Positions 1 to 11,397 of a stretch of 30,965 nt of DNA are shown here, piece after piece. The stretch's first letter is position 1; every line of letters starts with the position of its first letter. The notes under the pieces are model-generated. The model did not search any database. It worked only from the letters and a program-made list of their open reading frames with translations, and was not told the origin of the DNA. A program made the position numbers and the translations under genes. The DNA is from Malacoraja senta (taxonomy: Eukaryota): assembly GCA_038087875.1 (NCBI GenBank), contig JAXLNO010000264.1:124001-154965 (forward strand). Direction: 5' to 3'.

Positions 1-109
1 TGGCTTAGTTTCTACCATCATCTTTTCATACCCTCATGCCTTAAGCTAAAGCAATTGTCACTGGAGCAAGAAGCTTTATGCCTTGCCCTAGGTCTAAGGC
101 TTGGTCGTA

Positions 110-305
110 ATGTTATTTTAGGCTCATGGACTTCAACGTGTTATTTAGGTTGATGGTCCTATGCTGAATTACAGTGTGTTGTGTTGCCGAAGGCGGCATC
201 ATTTTGATGGGGAGTTAAACCTTTTAGATGAATGTGAAACCCGCTACGTCAAAATATGAAGTAAAGAAGCACTCGGGTTCTGAAAAATATTATTTTCCAG
301 CATTC
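110..305 (+). mobile_element. Highly degenerate DeuSINE-like (SacSINE1/AmnSINE1-type) relic
   Basis: GTGTTGTGTTGCCGAAGGCGGCATCATTTTGATGGGGAGTTAAACC resembles the Deu core as I remember it (GTGCTGCACTGTCGGAGGTGCCGTCTTTCGGATGAGACGTTAAACC). Collinear matches lie upstream (GACTT...TAGGTTGA) and downstream (AGATGAATGTGAAA...AATATTA). Boundaries approximate. Confidence 0.5.
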
Positions 306-1010
306 TAACTTTGTCCCTCTTTTGGCTGGATCAAATTATGTTGAAACGTAACAGTTTGGTCTTAAAGGCTTCTATCTTCAAAACGAAACACTATTTCTTT
401 AAGTCTGTTGTTTTAATAATTATATCAACAATGCAAATAAGGTATTGCATTGGGTTTTAACATTTTGCAGACTTTTGACTGTGATGTCTGGGCAGATTAG
501 ATTAGGCTGCTCTTTTTTAATCTACAGAGTTATTGGAAATTGAGTTGGTTCAGTAAAGCACGATCACTTTGCCTGCTTATCTAGCAGGTAGTGAGACAAA
601 AATCAAGTCAGTATCTTTCTTTTGATTTGTGAAAAGCTAATCTAATACTGAAGCACATGCAATACATCATTTAAATTAATTTTATATTGCAATTGTAAAT
701 ACGGTTTAGAATAGCTGCAACATTAAAGGTGATGATTTACTCACTAAAATCATTATATTGAAAGATATTTAAAAGTAAATTGTAATATGCAACATATATT
801 TTTCATTGTGTTTATATCATTATTAAAGCATGCAAAAAATAACACTGACTTTTTGGAAAGAAAATTGTTTTTAAATTGCATAATGGTCTATTTTAACCAC
901 CTTCTGTGCCTGGCATTTTTGTGGATCTTATTTAAAATGTGCATTTGTTATTACTGTTATTTGAAATTTCCTTGCCAGCAGCATACTTGTTATGAATCAA
1001 GTGAAGAGTT

Positions 1011-1566
1011 ATAGACAATAGACAATAGACAATAGGTGCAGGAGTAGGCCATTCAACCCTTCAAGCCAGCACTGCCATTCAATATGATCATGGCTGATCA
1101 TCCACAATCAGTACCCCGTTCCTGCCTTCTCACCATATCAACTGACTCTGCTATGTTTAAGAGCTCTATCTAACTCTCTCTTGAAAGCATCCATGGAATT
1201 GGCCTCCACTGCTTTCTGAGGCAGAGAATTCCACAGATTCACAACTCTCTGGGTGAAAAAGTTTTCCCTCATCTCTGTTCTAAATGGCCTACCCCTAATT
1301 CTTAAACCGTGGCCCCTGGTTCTGGATTCCCCCAACATTGGGAACATGTTTCCTGCCTCTAGCGTGTCCAATCCCTTAATAATCTACATGTTTAAATAAG
1401 ATTCCCTCTCATCCTCCTAAATTCCAGAGTATACAAGCCCAGCCGCTCCATTCTATCAACATATGACATTCCCACAATCCCAGGAATTAACCTTGTGAAC
1501 CTATGCTGCACTCCCTCAATAGCAAGAATGTCCTTCCTCAAATTTGGAGACCAAAACTGCACACAC
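1011..1566 (-). mobile_element. CR1 LINE 3' fragment (5'-truncated) with (CTATTGT)n tail
   Basis: ORFs 1392-1673 and 1138-1371 give the CR1 RT C-terminus (CVQFWSPNLRKDILAIEGVQHRFTRLIPG; FFTQRVVNLWNSLP). The TAGACAA repeat on + is the tail. GAGT flanks both sides (1006-1009, 1567-1570). Confidence 0.93.
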
Positions 1567-1675
1567 GAGTGTTTAATTGCTATATGCACTGAGAATGGAA
1601 CAATTAAATGTTTCCTTGCTGCAGCTTTACAGCACATTAATGCAACAACAAATAAATAAATTGGTAATAACACAA
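1567..1675 (-). mobile_element. Degenerate Rex1/Babar-like 3' UTR, interrupted by the CR1
   Basis: GAGTGTTTAATTG...GGAACAATTAAATGTTTCCTTGCTGCAGC parallels the 3' end of the Rex copy at 5900-5980. Confidence 0.5.
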
Positions 1676-2767
1676 GTATACCAGTAATGCCAAATCAGTG
1701 TTTGTTTACATCTGTGATAAGGAAGAGGAATGCTCTGTGTTTGTGAATTTGAGCTAAACAGTTGTGAAAATATAACATTTATCCTCTTTGTATTTTAGCC
1801 AAATGGAGGAAGAGCTTTGTTTTCTTTTTAAAGACAAAACTGCAATTGATTTGGACATGATATATTGATGCATTGTCTCCCACAGTACTTAGATACTTTG
1901 TATACTTTTCAACACGTACCTGGATAATTTTTTTCTGATATTGAAATTAGTTCACCAATAATTAGCCCAGTGTGATTTGTTGAGGTACAGCTGTAATTCA
2001 GCATAAGTGCTGTTCGTGTTTGAGATTGTAGTTGGTTGGTGAATGTCGTGGAGGAAGTTGCAGCAAAGTAGGAATATATGATTCAATGATTTGGTTCGTT
2101 TTTACTAGTTCAGATAGTGAATGGCAAGGTCTGTCTAATACATTCAATAATAAATGATGAGAAAGAACAAGTTTGTGTCATGGTATAGAAATATTTGGAA
2201 TCTAAAGTACATGGAATTCCCTAGAGATTAAAATTAGCAAGTAGTATTTTCATTTGGAAATAATATTGATTTTGCTAGATCTGTTTTACTATACTTGAGT
2301 TTTTGGATATGGTGAATGTGTTTATTGTACATGATAATACCTTATATCATTGTTTGTATCTACAGTTACATAGAATGAAAAATAATCATGAAATATATTT
2401 TGTTGTGAGCTGTTTCTAAAGTTATAAAAATAACTCTGAATTGGATTATGTTATACTGGTACTTATATTGTCAAAAATAATTATAAATGTACCTTTCTAT
2501 AAACAAAGCATCTGTATCAATATTCATTTGTTATGGAACTGGCTTTGCAGTGCATGCTCTGACTTTACAAGTTTAGTTTGCCTTGAGCCTATGACCATAC
2601 TTGTACTTAAACTTGTTAATGAAAACAGTGCAATGAATATCTTCTTACATCAATTACATCAATTAAATGGTTCCATTTCATCTCAGGCAAAATATACATC
2701 ATAGATTTCTGTATTTCTTTGCACATATTCTCTAAGCACTCTTAATGCCTTTTCAAAGATATACAGA

Positions 2768-3034
2768 TAGGCAACCCCTGCATTACGGCCATTCGGGAAA
2801 TTAGGAGCAGTACATCAGCAAGGAGCCTGTAGGAATTCATAAATCACTACCCAAAACTTTGAGATACGAAAAAAAAGTTCTCACATAATTTATATGAAAA
2901 CAAATTAAATAAATCAACATTTTAAAAAAAAATTGCGTTCTTGATGCATGTCCAGATGAAGCAGTTAGTTGCACATTAGGGAAAATCGCAATATGGGCTG
3001 TTTTCTGGGAACCTCATAACACAGGGGTGGCTTG
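2768..3034. mobile_element. Probable Tc1/mariner-pogo (Tigger-like) MITE
   Basis: Imperfect 20-bp terminal inverted repeats: TAGGCAACCCCTGCATTACG (2768-2787) versus the reverse complement of 3015-3034, CAAGCCACCCCTGTGTTATG (14/20, mostly transitions). No clean TA duplication. Confidence 0.45.
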
Positions 3035-4549
3035 TGTACCATTGACGCAATATATTGACCAAACTGTCAGGTGGAGAAGGTTGTGTTTGGTGTTCAGACT
3101 TAACAGAATGTCAATGAATATGCAGAGAATATTTTGGGCTTTTCATCCATCATATTGAGCTTTACCTATTACAAACATCCTAGGATTTTAATTCATTTTT
3201 CTGCCTTTTTAGAATTAATATTTTAAAGTAAGGGTTACTTGTCTTGAAAATATGAGACTCAAATTCTAATGTTTTTTTACCAAAGTTACAAAATTCTACA
3301 GATATCCAACAGCACTTTGCTAATGCGTTCTCCGATTATTCACAAATTCTGGCGATTCGGCATCTGTTTCTGGTGCTTGTTTGAAACACACCAGGCCTCT
3401 GCTTCCTGCTCTCCCTTGAAATTCTCCAGGCCCATTTCTCATGTTACCTTAAAATTCACATTTGCCCTGGTTCCCATGTTCCCGTCAAACCTACCAGATC
3501 CATTAAAGAATTTATTATAATACTGCATGACATTAAAAGTGATTTAAAAGTGCGTTCGAATGAATATTTTATAATAGTGCAGAAAAGCTGTCAGTGAGGC
3601 CACCACAATTCTGAGCATTCTAGATTAGTAGTTTTACATGAACAGAGCAGATGCTATCAAGATTATTTTGACCGCATGTTTATGTCGCAAAATATAAACA
3701 AAGTAGTACTTTAGCATCTTTTTTTCTCATTGTATAGCTCTTTTTCTTCTAGGTGATATTTTCTATTTTCGTTTCAGCAGTTCTCCCTGGCTAACTTAGA
3801 GTGAAAGTGGTATTAGCATAAAACAGGAACGCGAATCTGTGCTTTGGAAATTTTACCCTTCATTTAAAACTCTTATTTGTAATTTGTTTATTTGAGATGT
3901 TCCAGTCTCAAAAAGCAAAAAAAAAGTTTGAAATATGGTCAAGCCTTTTATTGGTATCGTTTGTAAACACGTACCCCAGATTGGTGTATTAACTCAAAGA
4001 GATTTGTTCATCAGCCTGGCAGTATTAAGCTAAACCCTAACCTCCGTAAATTTGGATGATGATTTCGGTTTTAATACTTTTTGATATTTGTAGCATATTT
4101 GTGTGAAAGCTTAATGCCTTTTCTCAACACCTTTTCTTAGTAACATCAGCATGTTGCATTTTATCAAATTATGACTGTCAAAGACACAGTCTGTTAGCTT
4201 TGCAACACTGGGTAATTTGACATTATTTGCCATTAAATTTATTCTATAGCTTGTTGGTCCATTGAAACTTTCCACATTCTTTTCTCTTGGGTTTCATGTC
4301 GATTATGGAGAGAGAAACATTACATTTGGTCTTTGATGGTTGATTGTATTTTAACAGAGTGTATGCTAGCATGCTGCATGAACACTTCCTCCCACAATTG
4401 ATTTGATTTATTTTTACTTCATTAAAGCAGAATGAAAAACATATTTTTCAAAAATGTGACTGGAGAAAAAAGGGGATAAGTGATAGAGGTTAAGGATTTT
4501 AATTTGATAGAGATAGTTTGTCCATACCGAAGGTAATAAATAATGGGAT

Positions 4550-5562
4550 AGAAACATAGAAACATAGAAAATAGGTGCAGGAGTAGGCCATTCGGCCTGC
4601 ACCGCCATTCAATATGATCATGGCTGATCATCCAACTCAGTATCCTGTACCTGCCTTCTCTCGATCCCTGTAGCCACAAGGGCCAAATCTAACTACCTCT
4701 TAAATATAGCCAATGAACTGGCCTCAACCACTTTCTGTGGCAGAGAATTCCACAGATTCACCACTCTCTGTGTGAATTTTTTTTTCTCCTCATCTCGGTC
4801 CTAAAATACTTCCCCCTTATCCTTAAACTGTGACTCCTTGTCCTCGACTTCCCCAACATCGGGAACAATCTTCTTGCATCTAGCCTGTCCAACCCCTTAA
4901 GAATTTTGTAAGTTTCTATAAGATCCCCCTTCAATCTTCTAAATTCTAGCGAGTACAAGCCAAGTCTATCCAGTCTTTCTTCATATCAAAGTCCTGACAT
5001 CCCAGGAATCAGTCTGGTGAACCTTCTCTGTACTCCCTCTATGGCAAGAATGTCTTTCCTCAGATTAGGAAACCAAAACTGTACGCAATACTCCAGGTGT
5101 GATCTCACCAAGGCCCTGTACAACTGCAGTAGAACCTCCCTGCTCCTATACTCAAATCCTTTTGCTATGAATGCTAACATACCATTCGCTTTCTTCACTG
5201 CCTGCTGCACCTGCATGCCTACTTTCAATGACTGGTGTACCATGACACCCAGGTCTCGTTGCATCTCCCCTTTTCCTAATCGGCCACCATTCAGATAATA
5301 GTCTACTTTCCTGTTCTTGCCACCAAAGTGGATAACCTCACATTTATCCACATTATACTGCATCTGCCATGCATTTGCCCACTCACCCAACCTATCCAAG
5401 TCATTTTGCAGCCTCCTAGCATCCTCCTCACAGCTAACATTGCCCCCCAGCTTCATGTCATCTGCAAACTTGGAGATGTTGCATTCAATTCCCTCGTCCA
5501 AATCATTAATATATATTGTAAATAGCTGGGGTCCCAGCACTGAGCCCTGCGGTACCCCACTA
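4550..5562 (-). mobile_element. CR1 LINE 3' fragment with RT core, relatively young
   Basis: ORF 4986-5732 contains SGVPQGSVLGPQLFTIYINDLD...KFADD. (CTATGTTT)n tail. 5-bp TSD GGGAT at 4545-4549 and 5563-5567. Confidence 0.96.
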
Positions 5563-5899
5563 GGGATGCTTTGTATAAGTGACCGTAACCAGTTACAAGG
5601 CCTAACAGTTACTCCCAGAGTCACCTTTCGGCTGCCACAGGTGAGATTCATAGATTTTACAATCAGTTTAAGATGTGGACCATTTATTATATTTAATCTT
5701 ATTAATAGTGGTCTTAAACTAAAATTGTTCACCTCAACATCATACTTTATGCTCTGTCATCTTGGATCAAGGGGGCTTTTACAGTGTGGTGATTATAGAT
5801 TTTGTACTACAAATTCAATTGGGTGGAACCTGCTGACATTTACAGAAAGGAGATTGGGAACGTGTAGACTCAGTACTCATGGAATAATACAGTATGGAG

Positions 5900-6341
5900 T
5901 TCAAAATTCAAGATTCAAGAGAGTTTATTATCATGTGTCCCAGATAGGACAATGAAATTCTTGCTTTGCTTCAGCACAACAGAATATAGTAGGCATAAAT
6001 AAATACAGAACAGAACTGATCAGTGTGACCATATACCAATTAAAATATATATACACACATAAATAAACAGATAAAGTGCAATGGGCTATTAATGATCAGA
6101 GTTTTGTTTGAGTTGAGTTTAATAGCCTGATGGGGAAGAAGCTATTCCTGAAACTGGATGTTGCAGATTTCAGGCTCCTGTACCTTCTACCTGAAGGCAG
6201 CGGGGAGATGAGTGAGTGGCCAGGATGATGTGGGTCCTTGATGATGCTGGTAGCCTTTTTGAGGCAGCGACTGCGATAGATCCCCTCGATGGTAGGGAGG
6301 TCAGAGCCGATGATGGACTGGGCAGTGCTTACAAGTTTTTG
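5900..6341 (-). mobile_element. Rex1/Babar LINE 3' fragment
   Basis: ORF 6096-6398 contains IIKDPHHPGHSLISPLPSGRRYRSLK...FRNSFFP, the Rex1/Babar C-terminal signature. (CTTGAAT)n tail. Confidence 0.88.
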
Positions 6342-6845
6342 ATCTATTTTCTGGATGCCGGATCTTTGAAATATTTTTAGCTTCACTCCTTTTCCCAAAT
6401 AGGCTTGTTTTTTTTTCTTCCTATATTTTGTTCAAAACAACTTTGACAAGGTATGATCAAATCTGCTTCCATCATCATACATTCAGACAATTTATTCAGA
6501 TGACAGCAACTTATTGTGTAAACTACACTCTTTCCCTCAGGTCTCTAAACCAATTATACTACATTCAGTATGTCCTTTGGAAACTGATTCTTGTGCCACT
6601 GCAATTAGTTGTTCCTTATTTTCTTTAAGAAAAATCTGGCATGATCTTGGATACCTACTGGTTCTCTCTGAAATCTGCATAAAATTGAAAGGTTGAATAT
6701 ATTTTCATAGAATCATTTTGGATGCTCACTTTCTTCATTGAATTTCCACGCTGATAATTTGTCAGTTGTATTGTGTATTTCCTATTTCCTTTTGGATTGT
6801 ATTAATTCTCTTGATGGGTCGTCATTATTCCCTTGCTTCTCCCCT

Positions 6846-7434
6846 AGATTTTATTTCTGAAACAATTTCAATCTGCATTTAATTGTTGCTCCTGTAATTC
6901 CATTCCCCCTGTTCCCTTGTCACCCTGTGAATTTGTTACACCCTGCATTTATTACATTTATTATATCCTCTTGCATATTATTATTATTCCACTAACTTAA
7001 CCTTCTTGGATTCCATCACTCCTTAACCTTTGTTCAGCTCCTGATTTCATTTAACCCATTTCCGTAGCATGACAAAATGATCCTAAATGCTTTGCTGTAA
7101 GGCTATCAAACAAAATGTAACATGCAATTCATAAAAGATTTTATTTCTGCAAACAATTTCAATCTGCATTTAATTGTTGCTCCTGTAATTCCATTCCCCC
7201 TGTTCCCTTGTCACCCTGTGAATTTGTTACACCCTGCATTTATCACATTTATTATATCCTCTTGCATATTATTATTATTCCACTAACTTAACCTTCTTGG
7301 ATTCCATCACTCCTGAACCTTTGTTCAGCTCCTGATTTCATTTAACCCATTTCCGTAGCATGACAAAATGATCCTAAATGCTTTGCTGTAAGGCTATCAA
7401 ACAAAATGTAACATGCAATTCATAAAAGATTTTA
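6846..7434. repeat. Tandem duplication, 290/291-bp unit x2
   Basis: 6846-7135 and 7136-7426 differ by one indel and two substitutions. AGATTTTA is present at the start, junction and end. Confidence 0.97.
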
Positions 7435-7590
7435 GGTTAGACGACCAAGGACTTTGTTACAGAGGTAGATGTTAAGATAAGAGAAGTTGGAAAATCCAGT
7501 TATAACAGGGAGGAAATTCGAGATCTTATGATATTGGTTAATGAAGGTAAACATTCCAAGATGGGGAAATATATCTTCAGGTGAAAGCAT

Positions 7591-7986
7591 GCCTCTACCT
7601 GATGCATGCTTACTTCTTTCTTGTGACCAGGACATCAATATCTAAGATTCCTACTCCTGCTTGGCCCCTGTCCTCCACTTTAACAAGAGCATGCAGACAT
7701 TTTGCTCTCACTTCAACAGTGAGTGAGACGGATGAATTGAAGGAGTGTGGACCTCAGTCGTGGAAGGAATGTGACAATTAATTAACCTGGATTTATGGCA
7801 ATTTATATTTGCTTTTTAGTAATTTTGGGGGATATAATTATATTTGGTAAGATCAGAAATTACAGCAGCCTCTACGTGATGCATGCTTTCTTCTTTCTTG
7901 TGACCAGGACATCAATATCTCAGATTCCAACTCCTGCCAGCCCCCTGTCCTCCACTTTAACAAGAACATGCAGACATTTTGCTCTC
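7591..7986. repeat. Interspersed direct repeat, 119 bp x2 (7591-7709, 7868-7986)
   Basis: Ungapped alignment at offset 277 with about 8 mismatches. Confidence 0.93.
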
Positions 7987-8044
7987 GCTAGCTCATTTTT
8001 AAAAGCCTCCCAAGTGTCAAACATCCGCTAACCCACAAGCAACC

Positions 8045-8310
8045 TACTCCAATCAACTTTAAGATAATGGTGAGCTATCGCTTGAAATGCTACAGTTCCA
8101 GTGAAGAGACTCCTTCAGTGCTGGTGACAATTGAGGAATTGGTGTTGCTCTGAGGGAAATCTGCAAGTGACAGGGCTCTCAGGTGCCTGCTACTTATTGA
8201 GAGAGATTACAGGTTTGTGAAATGCTATTGGGCTGATCTCAGCAAGTAAATGCAGTGCATCTTATAAACGACACATATCGCAGCCACTATTTATTGGTGG
8301 AGAAGGCATG
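8045..8310 (-). mobile_element. Old degenerate elasmobranch LINE 3' fragment
   Basis: GGTGAGCTATCGCTTGAAATGCTACAGT and TGCAGTGCATCTTATAAACGACACATATCGCAGCCACT resemble a common shark LINE 3' region from memory. No ORF left. Confidence 0.5.
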
Positions 8311-8334
8311 CATTGTCCTGGATGATATCAAGGG

Positions 8335-8397
8335 GCATCTTGGTCGGCACAGATGAGTTGAGCTGAAGGATCTGTTTCTGTGTTGTATGACTCTATG
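8335..8397 (+). mobile_element. CR1/HE1-type 3' terminal fragment
   Basis: GGTCGGCAC...GAAGGATCTGTTTCTGTGTTGTATGACTCTATG matches the shared CR1/HE1 3' end seen at 14040-14098. Confidence 0.7.
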
Positions 8398-8785
8398 CCT
8401 ATTACTCACTGACCACATGCTGGTTGTCCCTTGGATTCTTCTTGTTTTGGAGGTTGCATGAAATTATTTGGACCATTGTTTAAGATGGTACGATTCTGAG
8501 AGTAATGTTTGCACACACAGCAGAAGTAATCAGACTTCAATAACCCAGGTATATCAGCATGCAAAGTCTTTTGGCGAATTTAGGAATCCTGTGCTCTTGT
8601 TTTTGGGCTGAATCTGAATATATATAATTCTCAGTCAAGCTTTATGCAAAATTTTACAATGCTTTATCATCAGAGAATGGTATTGTTTGCCTGTAATTGT
8701 CAAGATAATAACTACTTGAAGCGTTATTTCCCTTCCAAGAAACCATATGAGATGATATCGGCTTCATTTGTTGCTGAATCAAGGC

Positions 8786-8960
8786 ATGGAGTCGTACAGC
8801 GTGGAAACAGGCCTTTCGGCCCAACTTGCCCACGCCAACCAACATGCCCCATCTACACTAATCCCACCTGCTTGTAGTTGGTCCATATTCTTCTAAACTG
8901 ATCCTATCCATGTACTTATCTAACAAAGAGTCATAGTGTCATACAGCGTGCAAACAGGCC
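8786..8960 (-). mobile_element. CR1 3' terminal fragment(s)
   Basis: GAGTCGTACAGCGTGGAAACAGGCCTTTCGGCCC is the reverse complement of the CR1 3' end. A second short copy lies at 8927-8960. Confidence 0.75.
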
Positions 8961-9103
8961 AATCTTATTGTGCAAGCCAATAATTTTGTATACAGAGGAA
9001 GGAGCTGTGCACTTTAACATCTGATTAGATTTGACAACCTCCAGTCATTGTTGAGAAGAAACAGGCGGTCAAGCAGATCCTGTTCTTCAAAACCATCTGC
9101 TTC

Positions 9104-9682
9104 ATAAGACCATAAGACATGGGAGCAGCATTAGGCCATTTGGCCAATCGAGTCTGCTCCGCCTGTCGATCATGGCTGATCTATTTTTCCCTCTGAACTC
9201 CTGTAACCTTTGACACCTTTACTGATCAAGAACATGTCAATCTCTGCTTTAAAAATGTCCAATGGCATAGCCTCCTCAGCTATCTGAGGCGAATGAATTC
9301 GATAGGTTCACCACACACTGACAAAAGAATATCCTTCTCATTCCCATGCTAAAGATATGTCCTTTTATTCAGAGACTGTGCCTTCTGGTCTTAGATTCTC
9401 TCCCACTACTAAAAACATCCTGTATCTGTGCCATTCAGTATTTCGTAGGTTTCAATGAGATTCCCTCTCAACCCCATTCTCCTGCCTTCTCCCTGTAACG
9501 AGTACAGGCCTGTACTCGTTGGAGTTTAGAAGGATGAACAGCCTCATTGAAACTTACTGAAAGGCCTGGATAGAGTGGATGTGGAGAGGATGTTTCCACT
9601 AGTGAGAGTCTTGGACCAGAAGGCACAACTTCAGAACTAAAGGACATACCTTTAGCAAGGAGATGAAGTTGAATTTATTTTG
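9104..9682. mobile_element. Head-to-head (fold-back) CR1: minus arm 9104-9508, plus arm 9509-9682
   Basis: CATAAGAC tail repeats at the left end. The arms are mutually reverse-complementary and meet in the perfect palindrome AACGAGTACAGGCCTGTACTCGTT (9497-9520). Confidence 0.82.
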
Positions 9683-9687
9683 AAGTG

Positions 9688-10645
9688 TTGAGTATTGAAG
9701 TGGAGTTCTGGTCACCCCCATTACAGGAACGATCTGGAGGCATTGGAGAGGGCACAGAGGAGGTTTACCGATTGCTGCCTGGATCCGAGCGTTAGAGAGT
9801 TTCAGCTACAAGGATAGGTTGGATAAATTTGGGTTGTTTTCTCTGGAATGTCGGAGGTTGAGGGGAGACTTGATAGAAGTATATGATAGATAATCAATAC
9901 ATTTTCCCCAGGGTGGAAATGTCCAACACTAGCGGGCTTAGCTATAAGGTGAGGGGGGAATGTTAAATTGAAAGGCACGGGGGAAGTTTTTTACACAGAG
10001 AGTGGTGGGGCCTAGAATGCATTGCCAGAGGTTGTGGTGGATGCAGATGTGATACTCGCTTATACTCGCTAGAATTTAGGAGATTGAGAGGGGATCTTAT
10101 AGAAACGTACAAAATTCTTATGGGGTTGGACAGGCTAGATGCAGGAAGATTGTTCCCGATGTTGGGGGAAGTCCAGGACAAGGGGTCACAGCTTAAGGAT
10201 AAGGGGGAAATCCTTTAGGACCGAGATGAGGAAAAACTTTTTCACACAGAGAGTGGTGAATCTCTGGAACTCTCTGCCACAGAGGGTAGTTGAGGCCAGT
10301 TCATTGGCTATATTTAAGAGGGAGTTAGATGTGGCCCTTGTGGCTAAGGGGATCAGGGGGTATGGAGAGAAGGCAGGTACGGGATACTGAGTTGGATGAT
10401 CAGCCATGATCATATTGAATGGCGGTGCAGGCTCGAAGGGCCGAATGGCCTACTCCTGCACCTATTTTCTATGTATCTATGTGATAATGACATTTAAGAG
10501 GCTTTTACATAGGCACATAGAGTGGAATAGAGGGATATGGATCACCTGCAGATGAGATCAGTTTAACTTGGCATCATGTTCGGCGCAAACATTGTGGGCC
10601 ATAGGGCCTGTTCCTGTACTATACTCTTGTATGTTCCATGTTCTA
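9688..10645 (+). mobile_element. Older CR1 3' fragment split by a younger CR1 (pieces 9688-10054 and 10487-10645)
   Basis: Degenerate QFWSP/QRRFTR coding relics. The sequence reads continuously across the insert and ends in an ATGTTCCATGTTCTA tail. Confidence 0.8.
10055..10478 (+). mobile_element. Young CR1 3' fragment nested in the older CR1
   Basis: ORF 10139-10390 (TRGHSLRIRGKSFRTEMRKNFFTQRVVNLWNSLP). Same subfamily as 4550-5562. 8-bp TSD ATGTGATA at 10047-10054 and 10479-10486. Confidence 0.93.
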
Positions 10646-11289
10646 AATGAGGGAAAATGGAACCAGCTTTTTGGTCGACATAGACTAGTTGGGACAAGCG
10701 GTCTGTTTTCGTGCTGTTTGACTGACAACTAAAACAAGAACTAAAACGAGAACTATTACAACTGAAAAGAGAACTTAAGGAAGAAGATGGAGTGATGCAC
10801 TGCAATCATGGACCACATTGAATCTCACAAATGGGCCTCTTGGTAAGTTGTTGTGCAACATCACCTGCAGTGCAAGCTCTGCCATGTTGACATCAGCTTA
10901 AGAGCAAGCCGGGGGTTTCCAGAGGTTTTTCAAAATAATTTATGATACATTAAACATGGTTTGTAATTTAAAAAAAAGTCCTCATTGAGCTCCAGTTTTA
11001 AGTATCCTGTTTACACACCTTGACAACCAGAATTAAAAGAGAGCAATTCTCTGAAAACAGATAGACATTTCTGCAAATATCCGATTTGTTCTCTTCATTA
11101 TTATTGCATGGAAATTCCTGAACATGAGCTGTGCACTGATAATGCAAGCTACATACATAAGAATATCAGAATGTGTAGATGAAGATTGCCTCTCAAACCT
11201 CTTCCATCATTCAGCAAGATTGTAGCTGATCCAATCCTGGCCTCAACACCAAATTCCTGCCCTCTCTCTTCTTACATCGACTGGAAAAC

Positions 11290-11397
11290 GTTCGAATGAC
11301 ATGGGCCAAAAGCGGGCAAGTGGGACGAGTGTAGTTGGGGCACTAGATCTTTATGGGTAAGTTGGGCCTAAGGGCCTGTTTCCGTGGTGGATGACTC
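11290..11397 (+). mobile_element. Degenerate CR1 3' terminal fragment
   Basis: GGGTAAGTTGGGCCTAAGGGCCTGTTTCCGTG...ATGACTC. Confidence 0.65.

Noticed and set aside
787..3520. Short hydrophobic ORFs (787-1014, 2441-2704, 3269-3520)
   Set aside because: Composition expected from random AT-rich DNA, with no motifs or splice support.
3715..3810. Strong polypyrimidine tract and AG acceptor at 3751-3752
   Set aside because: All frames stop within about 16 codons and there is no good donor. A non-coding exon cannot be excluded but is unsupported.
5017..5955. Long plus-strand ORFs (93 aa, 212 aa) and similar ORFs at 11508-12002, 13407-13685, 25520-25879 and 26536-26808
   Set aside because: Antisense shadows of LINE ORFs that sometimes run into flanking DNA. 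They are not independent genes.
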